NCBI GenBank assembly: GCA_004431415.1
Contig: QPMI01000400.1
Location: 124,001-188,000, forward strand
Direction: 5' to 3'
DNA length: 64,000 nt
Origin: Cyanophora paradoxa CCMP329
Taxonomy: Eukaryota > Plantae > Glaucophyta
In this document: piece after piece, positions 25,601 to 38,500 of the stretch
Layout: the number at the start of each line of letters is the position of its first letter
Position numbering within the stretch: the first letter of the stretch is position 1
The notes under the pieces: generated by a model
What the model was told of the DNA's origin: nothing
Databases searched by the model: none
Seen by the model: only the letters and a program-made list of their open reading frames with translations
Position numbers and translations under genes: made by a program

Positions 25601-26831
25601 TTGACGACGTCCTTCTTGACCGTCGGGTTCGGCTGCGGCTGCAGCAGCTGCCGGCCCCACGACGCGTCAGGGGCGGCGGCAGGGGGCGTGGCGGGGGCAG
25701 CGGGGACGCACCCGCTTCTCCTCCTTGATGCGCTGCTCGCGGATCTTCTTCGCCTCGGCGAGGAGCTGCGGGGGTGCGTCAGGGCGGGCCGGCGGGACGC
25801 CGGGGGCGGGGGCGCGGGGCGGGGCGGCGGGGCGGGCCTCGTCCTCGGCCTTCTCAAGGTCCTTGGGGCGCGAGAGCGACTTCTCCATCAGCTCCTTCCG
25901 CTTCGCCTCCGCCTCTGCCGCCCCGGGGCTCGCCACGCCTCCCGGGCGGCGGCGGCGGGGCGGGGCGAGGGCGGGCACCGGCGTTGTAGGGGTACTTGCG
26001 GAGGACGGCGATGTTGTACGGGTCCTCCGAGTTGAGCATGCGCCGGGCCTCGGCGAGGCGCATCGCGGTCTCGTAGTAGCGCTGCTTGATCTCCTCGATG
26101 CGGCGCGGCTTCGGGCGCTCCCACCGGTCGCACACCACCAGGAAGCGCAGGTCGAAGCGGCGGCACAGCTCCCACAGGTAGTCCGTATCCTCCCGGCTCC
26201 ACTCCCGGTCTAAGGCCCGCGTCGGCGGCCGGAGGCGCGCTGCCCCCCCGGGCCGCCGCACCTTGGAGGTACCGCTTGTACTCGTCGTCAGTGTACGGCT
26301 CGGGCATCTTGATCTTCTTGTTGAACCGCGTGAACTGGTACTCTGAGCGCGTAGGAGCGTAAGAGCGGTGCCAGCGGCCCGCCGGGTGCGCCCGCGGCGC
26401 ACCCTTGTGCTCCTCTTCCTCGCGCGCCCAGTGCGAGAGCTGCAGCCCGTCCGTCCTCGCGCCGTTGTTGAACTTGAGCCACCGCCTGCGCGGCACATCA
26501 ACACAGAATGCGCATCCACATGGCGATAAGCCGCTCCGCGTACCAGGCGACGCGTTTCGTCTGCCGCTTCTCCTTCAGGGCGGCAGTGTTGACGGCAGTG
26601 GGCAACGCCGGGGCCAGATCGACGCCCTTGCCGCCTGTAAGTGCCCACGCCTCACGGCTGATTCCATCTGCGCGCTTTCGGATCGGGCGGTGGCGAGGTG
26701 CGCCGCGACGAAGCCAGCGAGCGGCGCTGGGTGGACGAACCGGGGCGCTTGATGGGCGCCTTCGAAGTCTTTTCCTTCTTTTCCTTCGGCGCCTTGGTGA
26801 GACCGACGAGGATGTCCCCGAGTTCGGCCAT
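22492..26831 (-). CDS. DMAP1: DMAP1/SWC4/EAF2 (NuA4-SWR1 subunit) with a long low-complexity insert and a Q/P/M-rich C-terminal tail
   Basis: DGISREAWAL, WLKFNNGARTDGLQLSHW, YQFTRFNK, SANT domain WSREDTDYLWELCRRFDLRFLVVCDRW..IEEIKQRYY, and C-terminal block MATRRVTHEVQLLRTDIINLVEAQRQYKKKE. Confidence 0.88.
22564..22734 (-). repeat. Mixed CAG/CAA trinucleotide repeat encoding polyglutamine at the DMAP1 C-terminus
   Basis: (ctg)/(ttg) runs on the + strand, in frame with the 22492 stop on the - strand. Confidence 0.95.
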
Positions 26832-27055
26832 GCGCCCTCAGGACGCCTAGAGGCGCCCACGGCAGCGTCTCGATTGCAAGCCGAGACCAAGGAGACGAGC
26901 GCTTGCCGCGTAGTGCGTGGGACTTCGATCGGTTTCAGTGTTGCGAATGAAGTGAGGCTGTACTCCCCCCACTAGCCTGGTAGCTAGGCCCAAATCCTCC
27001 TGTACATGTCAAGCTTTTCGAATTCCTCTTGAATTGGTCACAACTACAGCTAGCG

Positions 27056-29281
27056 CTACGGCCCGAGGCTGCCGGCGACGCGGGGCTTGCCGCAGGAGCG
27101 GGGGGAGGAGGGCCCTGCCTGGAAGTTCGGGTTGATCCACGTCTGCACGCCCCGCCGGAAGTCCACGGGGCCCCAAGGGGTCTCGATCCCCGACCCCGCA
27201 GGAAAGTAGTGCAGCTGCACCCAGCTGGCGCGCGGGCCGGCGTCGGCGTCTGCGGCCGGCGCGGGGAGGCCTGGTGCGGGCGGGTGCGGACCCGTGGCCG
27301 GCGAAGGCGTCGCGGATGTGCCCCTCGCCGCGGCCCGGGGCCGTGCGGATGTGCACCTTGCGCGTCCTGCGTGGACCGGCCCGCCTCGGGGCGGGAGGGG
27401 CGGGCGGGGCGGGGCGGGGGCGCGGGGACGGACGTCTCGGTGAGGGCGCGGGAGCCGAGGACGCCGCGGAGGGCGGCGAGCTCGGCCCCGGGCGGGTCGT
27501 CCCGCCGCAGGTCCAGCAGGAGCAGGTCGACCTGCCTGCGGTGAGGGCGCGGGGGGGCGGGGGGCGGGGCAGCCGGCGGCAGGCGACCTGCTCGAGGTCG
27601 GCGTAGATCTCCTCCAGCGTCGTCACCGCCATCGGCAGCCGCCCGCTCCCCAGGCCCTTCAGCTTCTCGGGGGGCACGGCCGGCCTGGGCACGCGGGCGC
27701 GGCGGCGGACGACGGGCGTGGCCTCGGGGTCGTCGTCGGGCCCGGGCCTGATGCGCACCGCCTCGTCCAGCACCACGATCTGCGCACGCCGTCTCGGAGG
27801 GGGGTGGGGGCGGCCCGAGGCGGGTGCCCCGGCGCCTGCGCGTCGTAGTCGCCGGCCCCCGAGGGCGCCGCGATCGTCGCGTTCCCCTCCGACTGCCCCG
27901 CCCCCCCGTCAGCGGCCAGCGGGGCCGATGGATGGCGTGGGGCGGGCGGGGGCGCACGATGGAGATGATGGCGTGGTACGGCACGCACTCGACGCCCGCC
28001 GAGCAGACCTGCCCGCCCCCGTCGCGCCCGCCGTGAGCCCAGCCCAGCCGCGCGCCCCCCGCGCCCCACGCGCCCGGTTCTCGTAGAGGGTCTCCCTCGC
28101 GAACTGCGCGGCGTCAGGCGGGCCGGCGCGGGGCGGAAGAGGCGGAGGGCGGGCCTGCAGGTGGACAGGGAAGGGCTCGACGATGCTGAAGTGCATCGGG
28201 TGGCCCGGCCGCAGCCGCCGCACCGCGTTCGCCGCCGCCACCTGGCGCCCCGTCAGCCGAGCTCGCCTGCCGGCTGCGCGGGCGGCGCGGGCGTGCCGTC
28301 CAGTGGCCGTAGCCGGCGTAGGCGTCGATCATGGTGAAGCGGGAGGCGTTGCTCCGCACGTGGAAGGCGGCGCTCTCCAGCACGTCCAGCCACGTCCTGC
28401 GCCCCGCCCCCTCGCTCCCCGCCCCGCCGCGCAGAGGGGCGGCAGCCGCGCCAGTACTCGTCGTCGATGAGGGGGTAGAAGGTGTCCACCGAGGCGCCCT
28501 CCCCGGGGGCCTCCGTGCGGTTCGCCTTGGCGGCGGCGGCGCGGGCGGCGGCGCGGGCGGCCTCGCAGCGCGCCGGGAGGCCGCACGTGTGGTTCCGCGC
28601 CGGGTGCACCGCCGCGTACTCCTTGCTGCAAGCCACGTGCGCGCTCGCCCGCGTCCCCAGGAACGTCTGCGCCGCCCTCGGCGCCGGCCCCGGCCGGCGG
28701 CGCGGGCAGGGCGCACGGAGATCTTGCCGGAGGCGCAGGAGGCCGGCACGGGCGGGAAGGAGAAAAAGAGGGTGTGGTGCAGGAGGTGCAGGTGCGTCTT
28801 GTTCGGGTTGATCCCCAGCAGGTGCTCCCGCTCCACGCACGCCGCCAGGTTCCCCTCCGGGTCCTCTCTGGAAGCATCGGCAGCCGGCTCAGCGCGTGCG
28901 CACGATAGCGCTCGTAGAGCATCACCTCCTGATCGCGTTGCAGGCGTCGAAGAGGCCGCGCTTGGCCTTCGCGTGGTCGGGGTCGACGCGCAGCGCCGCG
29001 CGAAAGTCGCGGATCGCCCTCTCCCAGCGCTCGCTGGCCATATGGGCTCGTGCCGTGCGCATCAGCGCGTCGAATCGAGACTCGTTCTGAGCTGCAGCTA
29101 CCTCTTCGACAGCGAGCGTGCTGGCGAACTGCTGGGAGCTCGCAGCCTCGGCCTGGTCCCGCGGGGGTCCAGGGGCGCCGTGCGAGTCACCGCCGTGCGC
29201 GTGCTCGTACTCGTGCTCGGCTGCCGCTACAGCCACGCAGAGAACCAGCGCAGCGAGGAGCGCGGCCGCCGCCCGCGCCAT
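27056..29281 (-). CDS. Signal peptide + TPR + FkbM-family SAM-dependent methyltransferase-like protein
   Basis: Signal MARAAAALLAALVLCVAVAA. TPR WERAIRDFRAALRVDPDHAKA. DDEYWTWLDVLESA..RFTMIDAYAGYGHW, VDLLLLD..GAE, KVHIRT and ETPWGPVDFRRGVQTWINP resemble a bacterial FkbM subfamily. Confidence 0.65.
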
Positions 29282-29562
29282 CGTGCTGGTCTACCTACAG
29301 GCGACCGTCGTCCGCGCTTACACGATGTTTTACGCGAACGCGAATCAGATGGCTGCAGACGCGGGTCACGCAGCGGGTGCCTCAAATCGATTTCAGTAAC
29401 CCCCTCATTCCCCCCCCCCCCTTCGCTCGGCTACGGCTACGGGCTACCGACAGTGGGCGGGCTACTTGCTTGAAAAGCGCACGGTTGGGAGTGAGCCACC
29501 AGAGCGCTTGACGCGTACGACGTGCACGCTGCTGATAGGGCAGCCGCTGGTCCCCACGCGCC

Positions 29563-32500
29563 ATGTCGGCCCCCGCCGGTCCTGGGCCTCCCGCGCGGGC
29601 GCTTAAGCGCCCGCCGGCCGCCGGAGTGCCGTCGGGGCCGAACGAGGCGCTCCTCCTGCAGGTGCGCATGGTCAGCGCCGGAACGCAGCGATCGCTGAAT
29701 GTCCGCGGCAGGCCGTTGTAACCAGCGTGCTGACCGGCCACTTCGATGAGCGCGCGGCGCTCGCCGTCGAGCGGCTGCCGCCAGAACAAGCGGCCGCCTT
29801 CCTGGACAAGTGCGCGCCTCTTCTGCACGGCGGCCCGCTTTTTTTTGCGTACGCCAACGAGCGCCCACGCGTCTAGGCTCTTCAGCTCGAAGTTCTTCAG
29901 CCAGCTCTCTTCGGGCAAGGCCAGCAACGCCGAGCTGGTCGCTTTCTTCGAGCACTGCACCCGCTTCGTCGTCGCCTTCGGGCACGACCGGATGCAGCAA
30001 TGGAAGAGCCTGGCCCTGCGCCTGCTGGACACGACGTGCGGGCCCCCCTCCTCCTGTCCAGCGCACGGGCGCACCGCGCGAGCCGCCGCCTCTTGCAGGG
30101 AAGTCGCGCTGGGCGACAAGGTCGCGGCCTTCGTGAAGGAGGTGCGTGCGGGGGGCGCGGGGGCGGCCGGCCGGCGCGGGGCGAGGGGGCGCGGGGGCGA
30201 GGCGGGGCGCGGGGCGGCAGGTGGCGCTGCGGGACGCGGCCTTCATCGACGCGCTCGTCGAGCACGCCGCCGCAGCGCAGCGCCGCGAAGCCGGCGGCCG
30301 CCCCTTCCCCGCCGCCCCTCCGTGCCCGTCGCGGCCCTGGTGGCCCTCGGGGAGGCGCAGGCGCGCCCCCTCTTCCTCCACCTCGCCCGCTTCCTGCAGG
30401 ACCGCCGCCCCTCCACCGCCGCGCCGCCATCGACACCCTCCGCGCCGCCCTCGCCCGCCCCGTGCGCCCCTTCCCCTCCGCCCGCCGGCGCCGCGCGGGG
30501 CGGCGTGCGAGGCGGCGCAGGGGGTGGCGGTGCGGGAGATGGAGGGGACGCCGCTGCTCGGCTGCCTGCTCGCCCTCGTCAAGACCAGCGCCGAGGGCGA
30601 GGAGCTCGCCGCCGCCCTCTGGGCCCTCGCCGCCCTCCTCGCCCACCCGTCGGCGTCGCCGCGGCCGCCCCTCCTGCGCCGACCTCTGCGCCGTCTTCTG
30701 CCACATCGCCACCGGCCGCGTCCCCATCGCCGAGCGCCTCGTCCGCCCGCCCCGCCCGCCCCGCCCCTGCCCCGCCGCGTTCCGAGGGCCCCGCAGGAGC
30801 CGCCCTCGCCGAACAGCCCCGCCGCCGTCTCGCACCCCCGCCCCCGCGTCCCCTCCTTCGGCGCGCCCCGGCCCGCCCTGCCCGTCGGCCTGCCGGCTCC
30901 TGACGGCGGGAGCGCAGGGGCCTTCTCGTTCAGCGGGAACCTCGCGGTGACCCACTACCTCCGCTCCCCGGGGCCCCGCCACGGCTCCCCGGCCCCCGAC
31001 GCCGCCGCCACGCCCTCCTCCCCGCGTACCGCTCACCACGCCTCCTCTCTCCCCGCCCGTGCGCGCGCCGCGCCGACCCCGCCGCTCGCCGCTGACGGGC
31101 CGCAGCGTCGAGCATCCCTCCAATCAAGCCGGGTCTCCTCTCCCTTGAGCTGCCGCCCGCGCGGCCGGCGGCGGGCCCCCCGGCGCGGGCGTGGGAGGGC
31201 GCGCCCCCGGCCGGTCTGCAGCGGCCGCTCGCCCTCCTCTTCGCGCGCCTGTACGCCCTCTTCCCCATCCGTCTGCTCGCCGCCCTCCGCGAGTTCCCCG
31301 AGGGGCCCTCCCCCGCCCCCTCCCCCTCGGGCGCGCCCCGCCCCGCCCCGGAGGCTCCCACGCTGGCCGCAATCGTAGCGCCCCTGCTCGAGGCGCTGCC
31401 GGTGAACGAGCGGCTCGTGAGCGGCTCGGCGGAGCGCGAGGAGAGCGCCGACGAGTGGCGTGCCATGGACCCCGCCCGCCTCGCCGCCCTCTGCCGCCGC
31501 TTCGAGCAGCCCCTCCTCCACCCGTCCCCCGCCGCCTCGCCCCGCCTGCCCGGAGGCCTCTCGCCCTTCTCGCAGTCGCCGGCGGCCCTCGCCTCGCCTG
31601 GCCCCCTCCGGAGCCCGCCGCCGGCGTCGACCGCGGGGCCGGGGCCGGAGGGAGCGGCGGCGGCGCCGCGGGGGGCGCCGGACGTCGTGTACGTCGCTGA
31701 GCTCCTCGAGGCCGCCCCCGAGACGCCCGAGGCGCCCCCTGACCCCCGCGCCCCTTCCTACTCCGCCGAGGACCCCGTACCCGTCCCTGTCCCCGGCCCC
31801 GCCTCCTCCACCCCCGCCGAGCCGCCCGCGCTGGAGCCCCCACCGGGTCCCGCCCGGCCCAACGCCCCTCCGGCCCTGAAGGTGCGCGCGCTGAGGGGCG
31901 GGGCGGGGCGTGGCGAGGGCGGGTGTGAGGCGGGGGCAGCTGGCGCTGCGGCTGGAGCCGCTGGCGGGGGAGTCGGAGAGCGAAGGGGAGGGGAGCCCGC
32001 GGCCCGACGCCATCTTCCTCGAGGCCGCCGAGGCCGGCGGCAGCGTCCACGGCGCCTGGCAGGCCCCCGCCCGCCCCGCCGCCCCGCACCGCCCCCCTGG
32101 GAGATGCTCCGCCCCGCCCCGCCCCCGCCCCCGCCCCGCCTCCGAGCGAGCCGCCCGGCGAGGGGCCGGCCGCGGAAGGGGAGGCGGCGTGCGGGCGGTG
32201 CGGGGCGGGGCTCGCCGCGGAGGGAGACGCGGAGGCGGGCCCCGGGTCGCTCCTCGAGCGCGCCGCCCGCCTCGCCGCCTCCATCTCCGCCCTCCAGGGT
32301 GCGCCACCGCCTCCCCCGCCTCGCCTCGGCCTGCTCCGCGTGACGCCGTGGGCAGGGGAGCTGCACGGGCTGCTGCTGGCATCGGGGCGGCGGGGCGGGG
32401 GCGGGCCGGAGGAGGCGCCGGCGCACCCGAGCTTCCTGGCGGAGCGCCTGACGAAGCTCGAGCTCGCCTCGGAGCTGCTCTTCGAGCGCTTCACGCGCCT

Positions 32501-33555
32501 CCAGCTGCAGCGCGAGCTCCAGGCCGCCGCCGCCGCCGCCGCCGAGCTCCGCGCCCAGGCCGCCCACCGCGAGGGCCTCGTGCGCCCCCCGCGCCCCGCC
32601 CCGGCCTCGGGGCACCGACGGGGGGCGGGCAGGAGGCGGAGGTGGAGGGGGCGCGGGGGAGGTGGCGGCGCTGAAGGAGGCGGTGGCGCGCATGCGGCGG
32701 GAGCTGGCGGAGGCGGCGGCGCGGCACCGCTCGCGCTACGACTCGCTGCACGGGGCCCTCACGCGGCGCACGGAGGAGCGGGCGCGGCTGGCGCAGCACA
32801 CCGTCGAGCTCCAGGAGCTGCGCGCCGAGGCCGAGGCCGAGCTCGCCCGCGCCCGCGAGGAGCACGCCCGCACCGCCGCCGCCCTCGCCGCCCTCGAGGA
32901 CCGCCACGCCGCCCTCGCCGCCCGCCTCCCCGCCCTCCTCGCCCCGGCCCCCGGCCCGCCGGTGGCCGCCGAGGCGGGGGCGGGGGCGGGGGCGGGGCGG
33001 GGGCGGGGGCGGAGGAGTGCGCGGGGCGGCACCGGGAGGCGGCCCTGGAGCACCTGCAGGGCCTCCTCAAGCAGACCAGCGCCGCCCTCGCGTCCGCCCC
33101 CGCCCCCGCCCCGCACGCCGCCTGCGCAACGGGCCCACGGGCGGGGCGGGGGCCCGGGGCAGGGCGGAGAGGGAGCGGGCGCGGGAGGCGGAGCGGCGGG
33201 CGGCGTGGCTGGAGGCGCGCCTCGAGGAGAAGACGCAGGCGCTCGCCACGCTCAAGAACCTCTCCGAGGAGGCCAAGCGCTCCGCCGCCGTGCCCCGCCC
33301 CGCCCCGCCCCGCCCCGCCCGCCGTGACGCCGGCGGGGCCGTAGGCGCGGCTGGCGGCGGCGAGCGAGCGGTGCGAGGAGCTGCGCGAGTCGGGCCTCGC
33401 CCTTCAGGCGCGCCGCCCCGCCCCGCTGCGCCCCGGCGCCGGCCCAGGGCGACGCGGCGGGGCGGCAGGTGCGGGTGGCGGAGCTCGAGCAGGAGCTGCT
33501 GCAGCACGCGCCGGCCTCCGCCCTCCTCCCCAAGGCCACCCCCGCCGCCGGCTGA
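29563..33555 (+). CDS. TSC1: Hamartin (TSC1) homolog
   Basis: TPLLGCLLALVK, ALLFARLYALFPIRLLAALR and IVAPLLEALPVNERLVSGSAEREESADEWRAMDP..LCRRF parallel hamartin LFHRLYGMYPCNFVSFLR and [29 protein letters not shown] (recalled from memory). SELLFERFTR matches QLLYERFKR and is followed by a long coiled coil. Confidence 0.78.
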
Positions 33556-33742
33556 CGTCGACCCGCCCCGACCGCCCCGGCCGGCCCCGGCCCGTGCCCC
33601 CGCAAGCGCGCCGGCGCCGCAGGACCGATTCGTACTAGGGGCACGTTTCAAAAACACGCAGATAAAAAGCGAAGGGGGGTGGGGGACGTCGGGGGAGTGC
33701 GGGCGGAGGCCTCGCGAGGGACGGGGGCGCGCGGGGCCGGGG

Positions 33743-35368
33743 CTAGGGACGGCGAGCGGAGCGTGCCTGCTTGGCGCGTCGCTGGGTCTCCTTGCGGACG
33801 GAGGAGAGGCCCCAATCGACGATGGGCCAGGCGCGCTCGCGGGCGATCTTGCGGAGGCGGTGGTCGGGGTTGACGACGACGGGCGAGCCGACGATCTCGA
33901 GCAGGTCGAGGTCGGTGACGCTGTCCGTGTAGAAGACGCAGTCGGCGAGGTCGACGGCCTCGCGGGCCGCCCACTCGCGGACGCGCTCCGCCTTGGCGTC
34001 GCCGTAGGCGAAGGAGGCGATGCGGCCCGTGAAGCGGCGCTCCTCGTCCAGCTCGAAGGTCGTGCAGATCGCCTCGTCCAGCCCGAAGTGCTCCAGCGCC
34101 GCCTCCGCCGCGTACAGCGTCGAGCTCGTCGCCTGCACCCGCCCGCCCCGCCCCGCGTCGGCCCGGCCCCGAGGCCACCCGACCGGCAGCGCCGGCAGCG
34201 CCGCCGCCCGCTCACCAGCACGAGCCGGTCCCCGTTGGCGCGGTGCTGCCGGATCGCCTCCACGGCGCCTGCGGGGCGGGCGGGCTCGGCGCCGGCGACG
34301 CGGCCGGCACGCGCTCGCTCGCGCGGCGCACCCGGCCTCAAGCGTGGCCGCACGCGGTGGTCGAACCAGACCTGGGGCGGGGCGGGGCGGCGGACGTGAG
34401 CCGGCGCGAGGTCGGCTTCCACGGCGGCAGCACCTTGGCGCGGAGGGAGAGATCGGCCTCCTTCTGCCCCGCGATCTTGGCGACCGCCTCGGCGTACGGC
34501 TTCTCAGCCTGCCGGCCGATGCTTGTTAGAAGAAGAGTGGAAGAGAGAAAGGAAAGGAAGAGAAGCGGACCCCGCCGTGGCCGAGTCGGTACTTAATGAG
34601 CCAGTATGCTCCCCGCACTGCGTCCCTGACCTTCACGTTGCCCTCCTTGATTTCGTGCATGAGCCAGAGATTCGCAGAGTTGCAGTCGATGAGAGTCCTG
34701 TCCAGATCGAAGAGTGCTACGCGCAACTTCTTCTCAGCCTCGGCGCCGTTGCTAGAGGCGCCATCCACGCTCGCTGTGTCCGCGCTCGAGGTCGAGGACT
34801 CCGCTGTCCCGCCGGGCGACTCTGCCCGCGGGGCTGGGAAAACGGGCGAGCTAGATCCTGAGCCTGAGCCGCAAAATCAGCTCTTGAACAACCCAGGAGC
34901 GAGCCCGGGAGTGCGCACCAGCCGCAACGACGAATCTTTGCGGCGAAGCGCACTCGGCCGGCTGGAACCGCCGGGCCACGAACTCTACCGCAGCCCCGGC
35001 TCTCCACGATGCACGCGATTGAGAGATTTCGTTCGCCGTGGCGCCCCGCGCAGACGTTTGGGCGCACACGGAGCTCGGGCCCGCGTGCGGCGACAGGGAG
35101 GAGCCGATCCATCGCCGTGTGGCCGAACCGGCCGCTACTGCCACATACAGCGTTGGCCGCACGGTGAGGCCGCCTGCGCCCGGAGCGCCTGGCGCTTCTG
35201 GCCACATCGGAACGCCTGCGCCGCGGGTGGGCAATCAGATAACGCAGAAGGGTGCGCAGAAGGTAACGCAGGCAGCACTGCGCACACAGGAGCCCCCTGC
35301 CGAGAATCCTTAGATTCCGCTGCGCCGAGTCCAGTCGTACCCTGGTCCCGACTGACAAAGTCTGACAT
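33743..35368 (-). CDS. HAD-superfamily subfamily IB (SerB/PSP-like) hydrolase with an N-terminal extension
   Basis: Motif I ALFDLDRTL, motif II LVL-ATSS, motif III GDAKA, and motif IV FYTDSVTDLDLLEIVGSPVVVNPD. The start at 35368 (MSDFV) is tentative. Confidence 0.85.
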
Positions 35369-35516
35369 TGTCTGACAAAGTCGCTTGAGCGTCTCGCCGC
35401 TAAAAGAATCGAGACCGAACGCCTTGTTTACAACCCAAGCCAGCGCACGAACCTTCAGGGCGCGAGGCGCCTCGGGCGCCGCGCGCCAGCCTTGAGGAGC
35501 GCTCGCATCCGATCGA

Positions 35517-38500
35517 ATGCAGCCGCCTGGACAGCCGCCAGGGCTGCCACCACAGCAGCATTTCAGCGCTGTGGTGGCGCCCATGAATCAGCGTGCCCAG
35601 GTCTCGCCGGTCGGAATGCCGCCACTTCCGATGCCGCCCGGCGCTGGGCTGGCGCCGCCCGTCATGCCGTACAACCCCGCGGGAGGAGTTCCGTTCAACC
35701 CCGCGTTAGCACAGATAAATCAGCCCCCGCGACCACAACAACTTGGCATGCCTCCAGTTCCCATGCCGCCCGGCGTCGCACCGATGGCAGGTATGCACAT
35801 TTGCGTTCGCTTGCACGCTCAAAGGAAGATCGGTTCGAATCGCCCCGTCGTCTCGCCAGGTCCACCAGGGATGCCGCCGCAGCGCCCGCCGGGCCCGCCG
35901 GGAGTGCCGCAGCAACCGCAATCACAGAGCGGCAGAGCTGTTAGCTTCTCGGCTATCATCGAATCAGCGAAGAACCACTGCCAACCGGACAAGCACCAGC
36001 TCCTCAACTCGCTCTCCGAGCGCTTTCGAGTGCGCTCTTTCCGCTTGCCCGCAGCGAATAGATCCCAAAGAAGCCGGATCTCGTTATTTCTTCTGTGCCT
36101 CACGCGGCCTTTCTTCCTCGCAGCGGAATGAAGTGAAGAAGGAACAAGTCGTCAAGGAGCTGCAGGGAATCGTTGGCGTGGACCTGCTAAAGAAGATCGC
36201 CGCAGAAGTACAACATCAGCAGCAGCCTGTCCAGCAAGCGCCGCCACCGGGCATGCCTCCCCAGCAAACAGCGCAGTTGATGCCCCCAGTCCACGTGAGC
36301 ACGTCACCGCTGTTCCTTCCTTTACGATGCTCATTCCTTCTTGTTTCCTTTTCCCTCGCAGGCGATGCCAAACGTCGCCGTCTCGAGGCCGGGTTCAGCG
36401 CCAGTCCAGACATCAGCAGCGGTTGCCGCCGCAATTGCGGCAATCTCGCCGTCAGCACAAGGGCATGCAGGCGTTGCACAGCTGCCACAGGGGGCGCCCC
36501 CGCCGCCGCCTCCGCCCGTGGTAGGCATGATGCAGCCTCCGCCGGCGGGGAACGTGCAGCTGTCGATGTTGGAGGAGCTCGTCGCGAAGTTCCTGAACCC
36601 GCAGCAGAAGACCACGTTCATGGCCCTCACTCCGAAGCAGCGGCAGGACTACTGCAACCGGCTCATGGAGAACAACCCGCAGCTGCGGCAGATGTACCAG
36701 CAGAGGATCGCCCCACCGGGGCAGCCGCTCCCGACGCTGCCGGGCCCGCCCCCGGCAGCGAACACGGCTGCTGGACACCTGCTGGGAGGCGGGCAGCCCC
36801 CTCAAAAGATGACCCACATCCAGCAAGCCCAAGCAACCAGCATGCATCTCGCGCAGGCCAAGACGGAAGCACACCGAGCCATCTCCCCTCCCCCCGGGGC
36901 CGGTCCCAACGCCCACCCCGGCATGCCCATGCCTCACGGTGCGCGGGACCCGCTCGAAGATCCGCCCTCGCAGCTCGCGCGCGCTGATTCCCACCCCCAG
37001 CCCCCCCTCCGATCATCGCCAACCCAACCGCCCACCGACCCGTCGTGAATCTTCCTCAGCCCGTTCCGCAGGGAGGCTTCCAAGTGCCCCCCCTGGCGGG
37101 GCAGCCCGCCTTCCAAACGCCCCCGTTGCCTGGCCCCCCCACCGGGCAGAGCACGTCTTTAAAGAGGGAAGCGTCGACGCCGCCCGACGGGAGGTGCTCA
37201 GCACGCGCACGTGCGGGGCGCTGCCCAGCGTGACGCTCGCGCAGCATGGCGAAGAAGCCGCGGGCGGTGAAGGAGCCGCCGAACGCGCCGCGCGGCTCGG
37301 GCGGCTCCTCGGCGCTCTCCGCGGCCGGCTTCTCGCCGATCACGACGCAGCTGGCGCAGCCGGCCGCGAAGCCGGCGGTGGCGCGCGGCGTGGCCCTCGA
37401 GGCGGTGAAGAACGCCGCGTCGAAGGCGCAGAGCGAGGGGGCGCGGGACGGGCCGATGGCGGCGCCGCGGGCCGGGGGCGCGTGGAAGGCCGGCGGGGCG
37501 AAGGAGCCGAAGGCGCCGCGGGAGGCGAAGGAGAAGGACCCGCTGCGGGAGATCGACATCATCGACAGCACGGGCTTCAACGAGCAGGCGGAGGCGGAGC
37601 AGCTGCACGCCGACCTCGCCACCGCCGACGGCGTCCCCGTCAACGACCAGGACCTCTTCTTCTGCGACCTCCCCGCCCTCACCGACCACATGCGCCGCAC
37701 CGGTCCGCCCCCCCGCTGCCCCCCGCCCCGCGCTCCCGCGCGCGCCGACGCGGCGGGCGGGGGCAGTGGGGCGGATCGAGGGCGGGCCGGGGAGCATCAC
37801 GTCGGAGGCGATCCAGCTGATGTCGCACGCGCTGGAGATCTTCTGCTCGAACCTCGTCGGGCAGCTCCACGACGCCGCCCGCCAGCGCGTCGACGCCGAG
37901 AAGGACGCCGCCGCCAAGGACGCCCGCGACGCCCCCGCCGCCAAGGACGCGCCCCTCGCCCCCGGCATCCGGTGCGACCGCCCGCCGCCTCGCCGCCCCG
38001 CCGCCCCGCGCCGCGGCTGCGGGGGCCGACGGGCGGGGCGGGCAGGGTGACGAGCGACGTGAAGAAGAAGGTGGACGCGTACCGCCGGAAGAAGGCCGAG
38101 GAGCAGCAGCGCAGGGAGCGCGAGGAGAAGGAGCGCCTCGCCGCCGAGGCCGCCGCCAAGGCGCGCCCCCGCCCGCCCCCGCCCCCGCCCCGCCCCGCCC
38201 CCGCCCCGCCCCGCGCGCCTGCGGCCGGCCCGGCGAGCCTCGGCGCAGGAGGCGGATGGGAAGAAGAAAGAGAAGCTGCCGGAGGACGAGCGGTTGCGGG
38301 AGCAGCTGAAGAAGAAGAAGGAGGAGGAGGAGCTGAAGAACCGCGCCGAGTCCGCCAACAAGACCGCCCTCGCCGCCGTCGGAGGCGTCAAGATCAAGAA
38401 GCCTCGCCCGCCGGGCGCCCCCTCCACCGCCGCCAACCTCCTCAGCGCCCTCCGCGCCCGCATCGCCGCCGCCGCCAACGCCCCGGGCGGCTCTCCCCCC

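Noticed and set aside
28865-28925. Stop-codon readthrough or selenocysteine at the TGA after NAIRR
   Set aside because: The TGA lies inside a GT-AG intron whose removal gives NAIRREDPEGNL in frame.
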